DNA of 64,000 bases from an uncultured Alphaproteobacteria bacterium (GCA_944389185.1 CALXLL010000004.1:4830-68829), one strand, 5' to 3'. Counted from the stretch's first letter, positions 51,953 to 61,290 are shown. The notes: generated from the letters alone by a model not told the origin. Made by a program: numbers and translations.

Positions 51953-54900
51953 ATGGCTAATTTAATTGTTGACGGTAACTGGGCGGCAGCGGATGTCGCT
52001 TATAGATGTGTTGATTTTGCTGCTATTTATCCGATTACACCCAGCAGCACAATGGGCGAGCTTGCTGATGAGTGGTCTTTCCAGCATAAGAAAAATATTT
52101 GGGGGGCAATACCAGAGATAATAGAAATGCAGTCCGAAGGTGGTGCCGCCGGTGCTATGCACGGTGCTTTGCAGATGGGTGCTTTGGCGACTACTTTTAC
52201 AGCTTCGCAAGGTTTGTTACTGATGATTCCTAATATGTATAAAATCGCAGGCGAGCAAACTCCTTTCGTAATGCATGTTGCTGCACGCGCTTTGGCTACA
52301 CATGCTTTATCTATTTTTGGCGACCACAGCGATGTTATGTCTGTTCGCTCTACTGGGTTTGCTTTGTTGTCCAGTCATAACGTTCAACAAGCTGCTGATT
52401 TAGCAGCTGTTGCACATGCCGCAACTTTAAGAGCCAGAGTCCCTTTCTTACACTTTTTTGACGGTTTTCGCACAAGTCATGAAGAATCAAGATTGGATAG
52501 AGTCCCTGATGAAGTTTTGAAAGAAATGATGCCCGATGAACTTGTTTTGAAGAACAGAGCCAGAGGTATGACACCTGATAAACCGACAATTCGTGGGACG
52601 GCTCAGAACCCTGATGTGTATTTCCAAGGGCGCGAAGCTGCGAATTCTTTATATATGAAGACACCGGAAATTGTTCAAGAGTGTATGGATAAGTTCGCAA
52701 AATTAACTGGTCGTCAGTATCATTTGGTAGATTATGTTGGTGACCCGAATGCAGAAAATGTCGTGGTCGCGATGGGAAGTGCTTGCGAAACTATTGAAGA
52801 AACTTTGCCTTATTTACCGTCTGGTTTGGGGTTATTGAAAGTTCACTTATTCAGACCTTTCCCAACAGAAGCTTTCTTGGCTGCTTTGCCAAAGACAGTA
52901 AAAAGAATTGCTGTTTTAGATAGAACCAAGGAACCAGGTAGTATCGGTGAACCTTTATATCAAGATGTTAAATCTGTCGTAGGCGATAAAGCGGAAGTAT
53001 TTGGTGGAAGATACGGTTTGGGGTCAAAAGAATTCAAACCTCGTGATGTAAAAGCTGTTTACGAAAACCTGATTCTTGGTTCTTTACATCATAACTTTAC
53101 AGTTGGTATAGACGATGATTTGACAGGTTTGTCTTTGAAAACAGACCCTGCGTTTGCAGTTCAGGCTTCTAACTTTAAGACAGCTATTTTATATGGTATC
53201 GGAAGTGACGGAACAGTCGGCGCAGTTAAGAATATAGTAAAGATTGTCGGGGAAAATTCTGATTTATATCCGCAATCTTATGCGGTTTATGACTCTAAAA
53301 AGTCTGGGGGGGTAACGGCTTCGCACGTTCGTTTTTCTGACGAGCCCATTAAAAGCCAATATTTAATAGAAGTCGCGGACTTTATCAGCGTTTCCAATTT
53401 TATGATTGCGCAAAGATTTGATGTCTTTAAGGGGCTTCGTGCTGGCGGTACAGTTATGATAAACACTTCTATGGAACCAGAAGTTGCTTTCGCAAATCTA
53501 CCACGTGAAACGCAAGAACATTTAATGAGACTTCGGGCAAATGTTTATTTCTTAAATGCAAATCGTGCGGCAGCAGAGCTGGGATTAGGTAATCGTATCA
53601 ATACTTTCATAATGCTTAACTTCTTTAATTTGACGAAAGTTATCGATCCTGCGGTTGCTGCAAAAAGTGCAAAAGTTGCAATAGAAAAAACATACAAGAA
53701 AAAGGGGATGGATGTAGTAGAAGCAAATTGGGCGGCGGTTGATAAAGCAGCAGACTTCTTACGCGAATACAAATTGCCGTCGTCTGTTTCTAATTTTGCA
53801 CCTGACTTTGTGCCTGCTATGGTTTTAGACACGCCAGTTGAGATAGCAGGAACGCTTGGTGAAATGGCGGCGCAACGCGGTGATAGCTTGCCTGTGTCAA
53901 GATTCAAAATAGACGGTGAATTCGGGGCAGGACAATATCCTGTCGGAACTTCTAAGTATGAAAAACGTGCGATATCGGATAAAGTAGCAAGCGTTGATTT
54001 AAGTAAATGTATACAGTGCGGTAAATGTTCTACTTTATGTCCGCATGCGGCGATTCGTATGAAGGTAATGACACCGGCGCAAGCAGAAGAGGCAAAGGCG
54101 CAAGGTATAATGGTCGTGCCTGTAAAAACACCAGAGCTTGGACCAGATATGTATTTCACTTTGAACATATCGCCCGCAGACTGCACTGGATGCAATGTTT
54201 GTGTAAAGAATTGCCCAGTAAAAGCATTATCTATGATTTCAATGGCTGATGCAGCCGATAATCAAAAGGCTTTTGACGCTGCGGTTAAATTGCCAGATTT
54301 CCCACGTGAAAAATTGAACTTGAATATACCAAAGCATGTAGAATTGCTACCACATTATTTTGAATTTCCTGGTGCTTGCGCTGGTTGCGGTGAAACGCCT
54401 TATATAAAAATGTTAGCGCATTTATTCGGTGACAGAATGGTCGTAGCAAATGCAACGGGATGTTCGTCTATTTACGGTGCTAATTTACCGACAACTCCCT
54501 GGACTTGCGATGCAAATGGGCGCGGTCCTGCGTGGTCAAACTCTTTATTTGAAGATAATGCAGAATATGGTTTGGGTATGCGTATAGCTCTTAACCAAAA
54601 GCGCAATACTTTGAAGGGGCTGTTGTTTGAGCTAAATATCCCAGACGTAGAAAGCTTGTTTGCAGAAAAAGACGTTGTAAAGCAACGTGAAATAAAAGAT
54701 AAGTTAGTTAATCAGCTGGCAAAAATCGATTCGCCACGCGCAAGACTTGCAGAAAGCTTAGTCGGTGAAATTGTTGATAAGTCTGTCTGGATAATAGGCG
54801 GTGACGGCTGGGCTTATGATATAGGATACGGTGGTTTGGACCATATATTACACAGCGGCGAAAATGTTAATATATTAGTTTTGGATACCGAAGGGTATTC

Positions 54901-55459
54901 AAATACTGGCGGTCAACAATCTAAATCTACTCCTTTTGGTGCAAGTATGAAGTTTGCTATTGGTGGCAAGGAACACGCAAAGAAAGATTTAGGTATGATG
55001 GCCATGATGTCAGGGGCTTATGTTGCTCAGATAGCTTTGGGAGCAAATCAAGCACAGGCGGTTCGTGCTTTCCGTGAAGCCGAAGCGTTTAACGGACCGT
55101 CAATAATATTGGCTTATGCACCTTGTATTGCCCATGGTTTTGCTTTGCAAAATGGGCCCGAACATCAAATGCAAATGGTTCAGACGGGTGCTTGGCCTTT
55201 GTATCGATTTGACCCGACTTTGATAGAGCAGGGTAAAAATCCTTTGAATCTGGATTCCAGTGTGGACAATCCGTTGCCTTTAGAAGAGTTTTTGAAGACG
55301 GAAAGTCGTTTTGGTGCTGCGCGCGCGGTTAACCCGAACTTTGATCATTTGGTTGAAGAAGCCAAAGAAAATAATCGTTATAAAAGTGAGCTAAAGAAAT
55401 ATATTGCTCATTTTGCTATGATGAACGCTCCGGAAGTGAAAGAAAATGGGGAAGGATAA
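51953..55459 (+). CDS. nifJ: Pyruvate:ferredoxin (flavodoxin) oxidoreductase, single-polypeptide type
   Basis: 1168 aa; N-terminal DGN.A.A..AY......A.YPITPSS; two ferredoxin-type clusters (CIQCGKCSTLCPHAAI; CTGCNVCVKNCP); TPP motif GGDGWAYDIGYGGLDH. Confidence 0.95.
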   Translation: MANLIVDGNWAAADVAYRCVDFAAIYPITPSSTMGELADEWSFQHKKNIWGAIPEIIEMQSEGGAAGAMHGALQMGALATTFTASQGLLLMIPNMYKIAGEQTPFVMHVAARALATHALSIFGDHSDVMSVRSTGFALLSSHNVQQAADLAAVAHAATLRARVPFLHFFDGFRTSHEESRLDRVPDEVLKEMMPDELVLKNRARGMTPDKPTIRGTAQNPDVYFQGREAANSLYMKTPEIVQECMDKFAKLTGRQYHLVDYVGDPNAENVVVAMGSACETIEETLPYLPSGLGLLKVHLFRPFPTEAFLAALPKTVKRIAVLDRTKEPGSIGEPLYQDVKSVVGDKAEVFGGRYGLGSKEFKPRDVKAVYENLILGSLHHNFTVGIDDDLTGLSLKTDPAFAVQASNFKTAILYGIGSDGTVGAVKNIVKIVGENSDLYPQSYAVYDSKKSGGVTASHVRFSDEPIKSQYLIEVADFISVSNFMIAQRFDVFKGLRAGGTVMINTSMEPEVAFANLPRETQEHLMRLRANVYFLNANRAAAELGLGNRINTFIMLNFFNLTKVIDPAVAAKSAKVAIEKTYKKKGMDVVEANWAAVDKAADFLREYKLPSSVSNFAPDFVPAMVLDTPVEIAGTLGEMAAQRGDSLPVSRFKIDGEFGAGQYPVGTSKYEKRAISDKVASVDLSKCIQCGKCSTLCPHAAIRMKVMTPAQAEEAKAQGIMVVPVKTPELGPDMYFTLNISPADCTGCNVCVKNCPVKALSMISMADAADNQKAFDAAVKLPDFPREKLNLNIPKHVELLPHYFEFPGACAGCGETPYIKMLAHLFGDRMVVANATGCSSIYGANLPTTPWTCDANGRGPAWSNSLFEDNAEYGLGMRIALNQKRNTLKGLLFELNIPDVESLFAEKDVVKQREIKDKLVNQLAKIDSPRARLAESLVGEIVDKSVWIIGGDGWAYDIGYGGLDHILHSGENVNILVLDTEGYSNTGGQQSKSTPFGASMKFAIGGKEHAKKDLGMMAMMSGAYVAQIALGANQAQAVRAFREAEAFNGPSIILAYAPCIAHGFALQNGPEHQMQMVQTGAWPLYRFDPTLIEQGKNPLNLDSSVDNPLPLEEFLKTESRFGAARAVNPNFDHLVEEAKENNRYKSELKKYIAHFAMMNAPEVKENGEG

Positions 55460-55462
55460 AAT

Positions 55463-55903
55463 ATGAAAAGAATACTAATCTTTTGTTTTTTGTGTTGCAT
55501 GACGGTTTTAAGCGCTTGCACGTTTCAGACGAAGCACCGCGGGTATATTTTCCCGCAAAATCTTGAAGAAGAAATCGCTTCTGTTAAAACCGTTAGACAA
55601 CTGGAAGATGTAATTGGATCGCCGCAAGTTAAAACGGTTTATGGTGACGATGTCTGGATTTATTACGGGGCCGATGAAAATTATCGCGGGCCATTAAAAC
55701 AGACATATTCAAATAAAACAGTTTTACTTGCGTGGGTAAAAAACGGTAAAGTTATAAAAACTCAGGTATTACGCGACGAAGATTTACCAAAAGTTGTTTT
55801 GGCAGAAGGCGAAACGCAAATCCCAGCAGCAATAGAACTAAATGCGTTACAAGAATTGTTTAACAATATAGGTCGTTTTTCTCCGGCAGGGTTAGGACAG
55901 TAA
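55463..55903 (+). CDS. bamE: Outer-membrane assembly lipoprotein BamE (SmpA/OmlA)
   Basis: Lipobox VLSA|C, then HRGYIFPQNLEEEI...T..Q...V.GSP......GDDVWIYY, typical of alphaproteobacterial BamE. It starts 3 nt after the PFOR stop. Confidence 0.7.
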   Translation: MKRILIFCFLCCMTVLSACTFQTKHRGYIFPQNLEEEIASVKTVRQLEDVIGSPQVKTVYGDDVWIYYGADENYRGPLKQTYSNKTVLLAWVKNGKVIKTQVLRDEDLPKVVLAEGETQIPAAIELNALQELFNNIGRFSPAGLGQ

Positions 55904-55959
55904 ATCATATTTGCAAAAACTTTGCAAAATGTGTAAAATATATCCTATAGAGAGTGTAT

Positions 55960-56511
55960 ATGAAAAAGATTGTTTATACTTTTATCTGTTCGCTTTTGTT
56001 CGTTGGTTTAGGTTATGCCTATGCGGATGACTTTGTATCGTGTGGCCCAGGCTATATATTAGTTGAATCGGGAAGTATGGACGGCATTGATACCGCAGAG
56101 TGTCAAAAATTATGGTGTCGTGATTTAGAAACAGGTGGTTATATGGGCAGCGGTGATAGGGCTAGTTCTGGATATAAAGATACAGAAGCCCCCGTTGAAT
56201 TATATGATAATGACGGTAATCACATAGAATGTTTTGGTGACCGCAGATGGTGTTCTGGGGAACCCGTCGGTATTTGGCGCCCCGAATACGGTGCTTATAC
56301 CAAAGGCGGTTCAGACGATACTTCTTATTATTCTTATCAAAAGGGTAGTTGTTTTGCCTGGCGTATAGAACAACCTTCTTGTCCAGAAGGGCAGACGGCT
56401 ATACTGCAAGACGGGGAATGGAAGTGCTTATCTGCAGTCGAAACAACAGAAGCTAGCAGAGAATCCAGCGTTCGTAGAACAGGCACTTTAAGAAGGGCTA
56501 TTATAAGATAA
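55960..56511 (+). CDS. Small secreted cysteine-rich protein (183 aa, 10 Cys in the mature part by hand count)
   Basis: ATG 55960: MKKIVYTFICSLLFVGLGYAYA|DD. Contains CGPGY....C..LWC and CPEGQTAILQDGEWKC motifs. Basic C-terminal tail RRTGTLRRAIIR. Confidence 0.7.
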   Translation: MKKIVYTFICSLLFVGLGYAYADDFVSCGPGYILVESGSMDGIDTAECQKLWCRDLETGGYMGSGDRASSGYKDTEAPVELYDNDGNHIECFGDRRWCSGEPVGIWRPEYGAYTKGGSDDTSYYSYQKGSCFAWRIEQPSCPEGQTAILQDGEWKCLSAVETTEASRESSVRRTGTLRRAIIR

Positions 56512-56561
56512 AAGCTTAAAACGATTTTTTCTAGGGTTGCATTTGTTTTTTTATTATTTTA

Positions 56562-56570
56562 TGGTATAAT
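56562..56570 (+). promoter_or_regulatory. Candidate extended -10 promoter element upstream of carD
   Basis: TGGTATAAT (TGnTATAAT) lies 43 nt upstream of ATG 56613. There is no well-spaced -35. Confidence 0.35.
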
Positions 56571-56612
56571 ACTTGGAAAAGAGAGAATGGCAACTGTTAA
56601 AGGGTGTGCCTT

Positions 56613-57176
56613 ATGCCAAGTAAAAAATTAGATTTTAAAACAGGTCAGTATGTCGTATACCCAACGCAAGGCGTTGGTAAGTTGATGCGCGTAGAAGAAC
56701 AAACTATTGCCGGTCAAAAAATTAAAATGTTGGTGATAGACTTCGAAAGAAATCATATGACTTTGCGTGTTCCAGTAGATAGGGCCGAAATATCCGGATT
56801 ACGACCTTTGACTTCAATAAAAAAAATGGACGAAGCTATTGCGGCTGCGAAAGGCAAAGCCGGTGCAAAGCGCTTGTTATGGGCAAGAAGGGCCGCGCAA
56901 TACGAAGATAATATTAATTCCGGAGACCCAATGAAGTTGGCGGAAGTTGTTCGTGATTTGCAACGCAGAAGTCCCGCTGATACGATGACTTTTTCTGCTA
57001 GACAGCTTTATTTACGTGCTTTGGAAAGAATGGCGCAAGAGTTTGCAGTCCTTCATAAGATAGACGTTAATGAAGCATCAGATAAAATAGAAGATATTTT
57101 AGGTATACCAAAAGAAATAGATTTAAATGCTTTAGAAACAGAATCTGATGATGATTCAGATGAAGACGAAGATTAA
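56613..57176 (+). CDS. carD: CarD/CdnL-family RNA-polymerase-binding regulator with an acidic tail
   Basis: FKTGQYVVYPTQGVGKLMRVEEQTIAG.K...LVI.F......L.VP is the CarD N-terminal Tudor-like domain. The C-terminus is ETESDDDSDEDED. Confidence 0.88.
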   Translation: MPSKKLDFKTGQYVVYPTQGVGKLMRVEEQTIAGQKIKMLVIDFERNHMTLRVPVDRAEISGLRPLTSIKKMDEAIAAAKGKAGAKRLLWARRAAQYEDNINSGDPMKLAEVVRDLQRRSPADTMTFSARQLYLRALERMAQEFAVLHKIDVNEASDKIEDILGIPKEIDLNALETESDDDSDEDED

Positions 57177-57204
57177 AAAAATGCGCTTGTTGCGCATTTT
57201 TTTT
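57175..57204. terminator. Bidirectional rho-independent terminator
   Basis: aaaaaaatgcgc-ttgt-tgcgcatttttttt between convergent carD and lptB. Confidence 0.6.
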
Positions 57205-57931
57205 ACATTGTAAAATCTTCACCCAGATAAACTTTTTTTACCATTTCGTCTTTAACTATTTCTTCAGTAGTTCCATGCTTTAAGATTTTTCCGTCATGTA
57301 ATACGTAACTGCGGTCGGTAATCCCCAAAGTTTCGCGAACGTTATGGTCTGTTATAATAACGCCTAATCCGCGATTTTTTAACTGAGATACTAAACTTCT
57401 TATTTCATTAACCGCAATCGGATCAATACCTGCAAAAGGTTCATCTAATAAAATAAACTTTGGATCGTTTGCCAAAGCGCGGGCTATTTCAACACGTCTT
57501 CGTTCGCCGCCAGATAAAGATGTTGCAGGACTGCGACGAAGGTTTGTTATAGAAAACTCTTCCAGTAAATCGTCAAGTTTTTGTTTTCTTTTTTTCTTGT
57601 CCGGTTCAACAACTTCCAGAATTGCCATAATATTCTGCTCAACAGTTAGCCCGCGAAATACGCTGTTTTCTTGCGGTAAATATCCTATATGCAACCTTGC
57701 CCTTTGATAAAACGGTAGTTTCGTTATGTCTTGAGAGTTTAAAAATATTTGCCCGCGTGTAGCATTAAGTTGCCCAGTTATACAATAAAAAGCGGTTGTT
57801 TTTCCGGCACCGTTTGGTCCAAGTAAACCAACCGATTCGCCTTGTCGGGCTTCAAGTGAAATGTCACGTATAACAAGCTTTTTGCCGTATGCTTTAGATA
57901 AGTGTTCCACGCGTAATACAGATTGTTTCAT
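57203..57931 (-). CDS. lptB: LPS export ABC transporter ATPase LptB
   Basis: 242 aa; Walker A GPNGAGKTT, LSGGERRRVEIARAL, ILLDEPFAGIDP, and the LptB-type C-terminus ...VYLGE.F. Confidence 0.92.
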   Translation of the reverse strand: MKQSVLRVEHLSKAYGKKLVIRDISLEARQGESVGLLGPNGAGKTTAFYCITGQLNATRGQIFLNSQDITKLPFYQRARLHIGYLPQENSVFRGLTVEQNIMAILEVVEPDKKKRKQKLDDLLEEFSITNLRRSPATSLSGGERRRVEIARALANDPKFILLDEPFAGIDPIAVNEIRSLVSQLKNRGLGVIITDHNVRETLGITDRSYVLHDGKILKHGTTEEIVKDEMVKKVYLGEDFTM

Positions 57932-58407
57932 AGTTTTACCACCAATTCTTTTGTAAAAACTTTGTCGCCGTTGCTGGAAAATATTTTTACGTTACCTATT
58001 AAAGTTATAGTTTTGTCCTTTTTATTATATTCAGCTGTATCGGCACTGATATCGTCTGTTATTGTCTTGCCATCAGATTTCCTGTTTACTTTACCGGATA
58101 CCGTTTCAAGATATATTATATCAGGTTCGTCATATTTTTGGCGAGCGTTTTTTGCTTTTATCTTGAACGGTTCACCGTTTTGGTCTTGCCCTGCAAAATC
58201 TGCATCGGACATTTTAAATTGATTACTTACAATATCCGTCATATTTATAGCGCTTATGGGTGTCCATAATAATTGTTTTGTAAACAAAGAACCGGCAATT
58301 AAAGCAGCAACCATAACCAGCCCCCAACCAGTAAAGAAAAATTGCCAAAGTCTTTTAAGACGCTGGTGCTTGGTAAATATTATAAAATTGCGTTTGCTTT
58401 TTTGCAT
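57928..58407 (-). CDS. lptC: LptC-like membrane-anchored LPS export protein
   Basis: 159 aa; N-terminal TM anchor, then a beta-jellyroll-like OstA/LptC pattern (ADTAEYNKKDKTITLIGNVKI). 4-nt overlap with lptB. Confidence 0.55.
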   Translation of the reverse strand: MQKSKRNFIIFTKHQRLKRLWQFFFTGWGLVMVAALIAGSLFTKQLLWTPISAINMTDIVSNQFKMSDADFAGQDQNGEPFKIKAKNARQKYDEPDIIYLETVSGKVNRKSDGKTITDDISADTAEYNKKDKTITLIGNVKIFSSNGDKVFTKELVVKL

Positions 58408-58492
58408 ATCGCAAGTCTAGCGCTTATATTAATAAAAAGCAATTTTTATATTTATTCGCCTTTATTTTTGTGTTATAATATAAGCCAGAGAG

Positions 58493-59296
58493 ATGAAAAA
58501 ATATTTTCTTATCTTTATAGGTTTGTTTTGTTTTTTGACGAATTCTTCGTCTGTTTTCGCAATTACTATAAATAAAGCAGCACCCGTTGCTAAACAGGAA
58601 GTAAGTGTAACCGATAATACAGCCAGCTTGATACCTACGGTTCTGGGGGTGGTAAGTAGCGTTCGCGAATTAAGCGCTAAGCAAAAAGAATTGACGCAAG
58701 ATTGTATTCCAACGCAACAAGAGCTTAATTTTGTGAACGAAACTATAAAAGAATGGGCGAAAACTGGTGCAATGTCAGAAGAAGAAATATGGAGAAATAA
58801 AAATTGGAATTATTGTGACGGTCCGTCTGGTGGGTATGCTATATCTATTCAGTTGGCGGAAAGCGTCGGTGAAGATAATTTAGTGTGTTTCGATTATTTC
58901 GGCAGCGAAAGCGATAAAAATATGGTTTGGTATCGTTTCCCAAAGGCAACGGTTGCACAATATTGTGAAGATGGTTCTACTACTTGCTCTAATAAAAAAA
59001 CAAAATCAAATATATATGATGTTTTTAACTTGGTGGATTTTTCAACAAAAGATTATACGGCTTCTGAAGCAACTATGGCGGCAAAACTTATAGCAAAAAT
59101 AGAACAGTGTTCTAGTTCTAAATTAAGTGCCAAGAAAACTGCTATGTGGGGAGAGTTTTTAATGAATACTGTCGGATCTATCGGACAATCTACCAGCACA
59201 GATGTTATTATGCAACAGGTGTCTGGGGTCGTCGGTGGTGGAACAGGCGGTGCTTTACAGTCTTTGGGTTCTATTGCAACACAATTCCTTAATTGA
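58493..59296 (+). CDS. Secreted hypothetical protein (267 aa, 6 Cys) with a Gly-rich hydrophobic C-terminus
   Basis: Signal peptide MKKYFLIFIGLFCFLTNSSSVFA. The C-terminus VSGVVGGGTGGALQSLGSIATQFLN resembles the Gly-rich segment of paralog A. Confidence 0.7.
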   Translation: MKKYFLIFIGLFCFLTNSSSVFAITINKAAPVAKQEVSVTDNTASLIPTVLGVVSSVRELSAKQKELTQDCIPTQQELNFVNETIKEWAKTGAMSEEEIWRNKNWNYCDGPSGGYAISIQLAESVGEDNLVCFDYFGSESDKNMVWYRFPKATVAQYCEDGSTTCSNKKTKSNIYDVFNLVDFSTKDYTASEATMAAKLIAKIEQCSSSKLSAKKTAMWGEFLMNTVGSIGQSTSTDVIMQQVSGVVGGGTGGALQSLGSIATQFLN

Positions 59297-59385
59297 TTTA
59301 TTAATGTTGTGCGGTGTTAAGTTTTCTCTTTACTCGTATGCGCAAAAATCGTATAATATAACAAGAATGTAATAAAGGGTTTCTT

Positions 59386-60954
59386 ATGAAAAGTAAGAAT
59401 TATATATCTTCAAGTTTAATGTCAAAATTGCTGGTTCTGGTTGCTGGGCTGTCTCTTGCTGGATGTGCAGGAACAGACACAAATAATGAATACGTGCCAG
59501 TTGCAACGCCTACGGTTGATTACGTAGAAACGTTGGATGTATATTCTGCACCTCATAAAGACTCTTTCTTAAATCAGTTGGCGATGAATTATCGTTCTTA
59601 TGCAATTTATAATGCAAGAACAAGTATGTATCCTGAAATAGGCGAATTGTTTGCACAAAAAGCAGTTGCTGCTTTTTCTGGTGAATTACCTTTCCCAGAA
59701 ACTTTACAAAATTGGCCAATAGAAGACGAACAAGCTTCTTTCGAGGTGTATACTGCTTATAATGAATTGATAGATCAACTGAAAAATGATGCCAGCTTAA
59801 CAAACCCAGAGCTTGCAGCAGAAGCACAGGCAAAATATGATTGTTGGATTTCTGCTTTGGCAAGCGGTCAGTATGCTACTGCCGATGAATGCAGAACAAG
59901 ATTTCAAAAAGCTATTAATGTTTTAAAAGATTGTGAAAACGGTAAAGTAATTTCTGGTGGGACAACAGTTGCAGAAACAGTAGAAACAACTTCGAATGTT
60001 TCCGGTGAAGTTTCCGTTGCATTAGAACAAGATGTTCAACCAGAAAAACAAGAACAATTTTATCCGGATACAAGGAATATGCGTTCTATGAACAGCTCTT
60101 CTCATGCTCGAGAAGGTGTAATTATTGTTAATAATGTAAATGTGCCAGAACATTTAATAAATCCTGTCCCAGTTCAGCCATTGGTGTTTAATCAAAATAT
60201 TTATGGTGGTGATAAGACTATAACAGACAGCAATAATAAAACAAAAACAGTAACAGATAGTAATAATACAGAATCTTTGTCTGATACAGATGGTAATCTT
60301 GATAATAACTGTATTGGTGCCAGCTTGCCGGAATGTCAAAATGTTACAGAACCAATCCCTGTCGTTTCTGAAGAATATATAAGTCGAGAAGAGTTTATTA
60401 ATATGATGATGGCAATGCGCGCTGAATTGGCTGCTATTAATGCAAGGCTTGATAAAATAGAACTTGCCACAAACGATAAAACAATTATAAAAGTTCAACA
60501 GATTCCTTTGGAACCCCAGCAGCATATAATGGAAGAGGTTTTGGAAATACAATTTGACTTTGATAAAGCAGTTGTAAAACCTGAATATGATGAATTAATA
60601 AGACAGCTGGTCGGGGCAACTCAGAATAATAAAAATATAAAAGTTTCTGTTGTAGGTCATACGGATACGGTTGGAACCAAAAGCTATAATTATGCTTTGG
60701 GCGGACGTCGTGCAGAAGCTGTTCAACAAATGTTAATAAAGTATGGTATTCCTGCAAGTCAGATAGTTGCAGTTTCGGCTGGTGAAGAAGGCTTAAAGGT
60801 TCCAACGCCAGATAATGTCAGGAATGCTGAAAATCGTAGAGTCCGCGTTGTGAAAGAGACTTCTTATACTGAAATGGCACCGGCAGAACCCGTAAACATA
60901 GAAGTAGGGGAGTTTTCTGAAACAGTATGTGGGGAATACGGTTGTCAAAATTAA
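59386..60954 (+). CDS. OmpA-family peptidoglycan-associated lipoprotein (522 aa)
   Basis: Lipobox LSLAG|C. C-terminal OmpA_C domain (FDFDKA.V.P......L.......I.V.GHTD..G...YN..L..RRA.AV...L...G......A...GE......N.RV). Short TDSNN repeats in the linker. Confidence 0.85.
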   Translation: MKSKNYISSSLMSKLLVLVAGLSLAGCAGTDTNNEYVPVATPTVDYVETLDVYSAPHKDSFLNQLAMNYRSYAIYNARTSMYPEIGELFAQKAVAAFSGELPFPETLQNWPIEDEQASFEVYTAYNELIDQLKNDASLTNPELAAEAQAKYDCWISALASGQYATADECRTRFQKAINVLKDCENGKVISGGTTVAETVETTSNVSGEVSVALEQDVQPEKQEQFYPDTRNMRSMNSSSHAREGVIIVNNVNVPEHLINPVPVQPLVFNQNIYGGDKTITDSNNKTKTVTDSNNTESLSDTDGNLDNNCIGASLPECQNVTEPIPVVSEEYISREEFINMMMAMRAELAAINARLDKIELATNDKTIIKVQQIPLEPQQHIMEEVLEIQFDFDKAVVKPEYDELIRQLVGATQNNKNIKVSVVGHTDTVGTKSYNYALGGRRAEAVQQMLIKYGIPASQIVAVSAGEEGLKVPTPDNVRNAENRRVRVVKETSYTEMAPAEPVNIEVGEFSETVCGEYGCQN

Positions 60955-60977
60955 CTTAAGTAAAAAGATATTTATAC

Positions 60978-61006
60978 TTGACAAAAAATACTTGTTAGTA
61001 TAAAAT
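60978..61006 (+). promoter_or_regulatory. Near-consensus sigma70 promoter
   Basis: TTGACA (60978..60983) - 17 nt - TAAAAT (61001..61006). Confidence 0.5.
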
Positions 61007-61042
61007 ATTTGCGTGCTAGAAGTTTTTTTAAGAGGCAATAAT

Positions 61043-61201
61043 ATGGCGAATAACATAAAAAATATGATAAGTAAAGCAACGTCAAGTTTAAGTCAGAAAA
61101 GCCGCGCTGCTTCTTTTAGAAGTGGTATGAATGTCTTTAATATCGGTGCTAAATTAAGCGAATACGGTATTTTCCCAGATAATAAAGACAAAGAAAAGTA
61201 A
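61043..61201 (+). CDS. Small basic hypothetical protein (52 aa)
   Basis: ATG 61043 follows AGAGG: MANNIKNMISKATSSLSQKSRAASFRSGMNVFNIGAKLSEYGIFPDNKDKEK. It is bracketed by its own promoter and terminator. Confidence 0.45.
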   Translation: MANNIKNMISKATSSLSQKSRAASFRSGMNVFNIGAKLSEYGIFPDNKDKEK

Positions 61202-61223
61202 TTTATGACGTTAACAGATATTT

Positions 61224-61256
61224 AAAATGGCGTAAGGAGTCTTACGCCATTTTTTA
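61224..61256 (+). terminator. Rho-independent terminator
   Basis: atggcgtaag-gagt-cttacgccattttt (10-bp stem plus T-run). Confidence 0.7.
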
Positions 61257-61290
61257 TATATTAATCAATTATTGTTTTAAAGTTTATATA

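Noticed and set aside
53545-54195. 216-aa ORF antisense to the PFOR gene, and many similar 60-130-aa track ORFs inside large genes (e.g. 2583..2954, 4614..4931, 21099..21467, 28532..28924, 36069..36428, 44081..44494, 62309..62794)
   Set aside because: Each lies entirely within, and opposite or out of frame to, a long ORF with clear homology or a clear signal peptide. The translations are low-complexity with no motifs. They are shadow ORFs.
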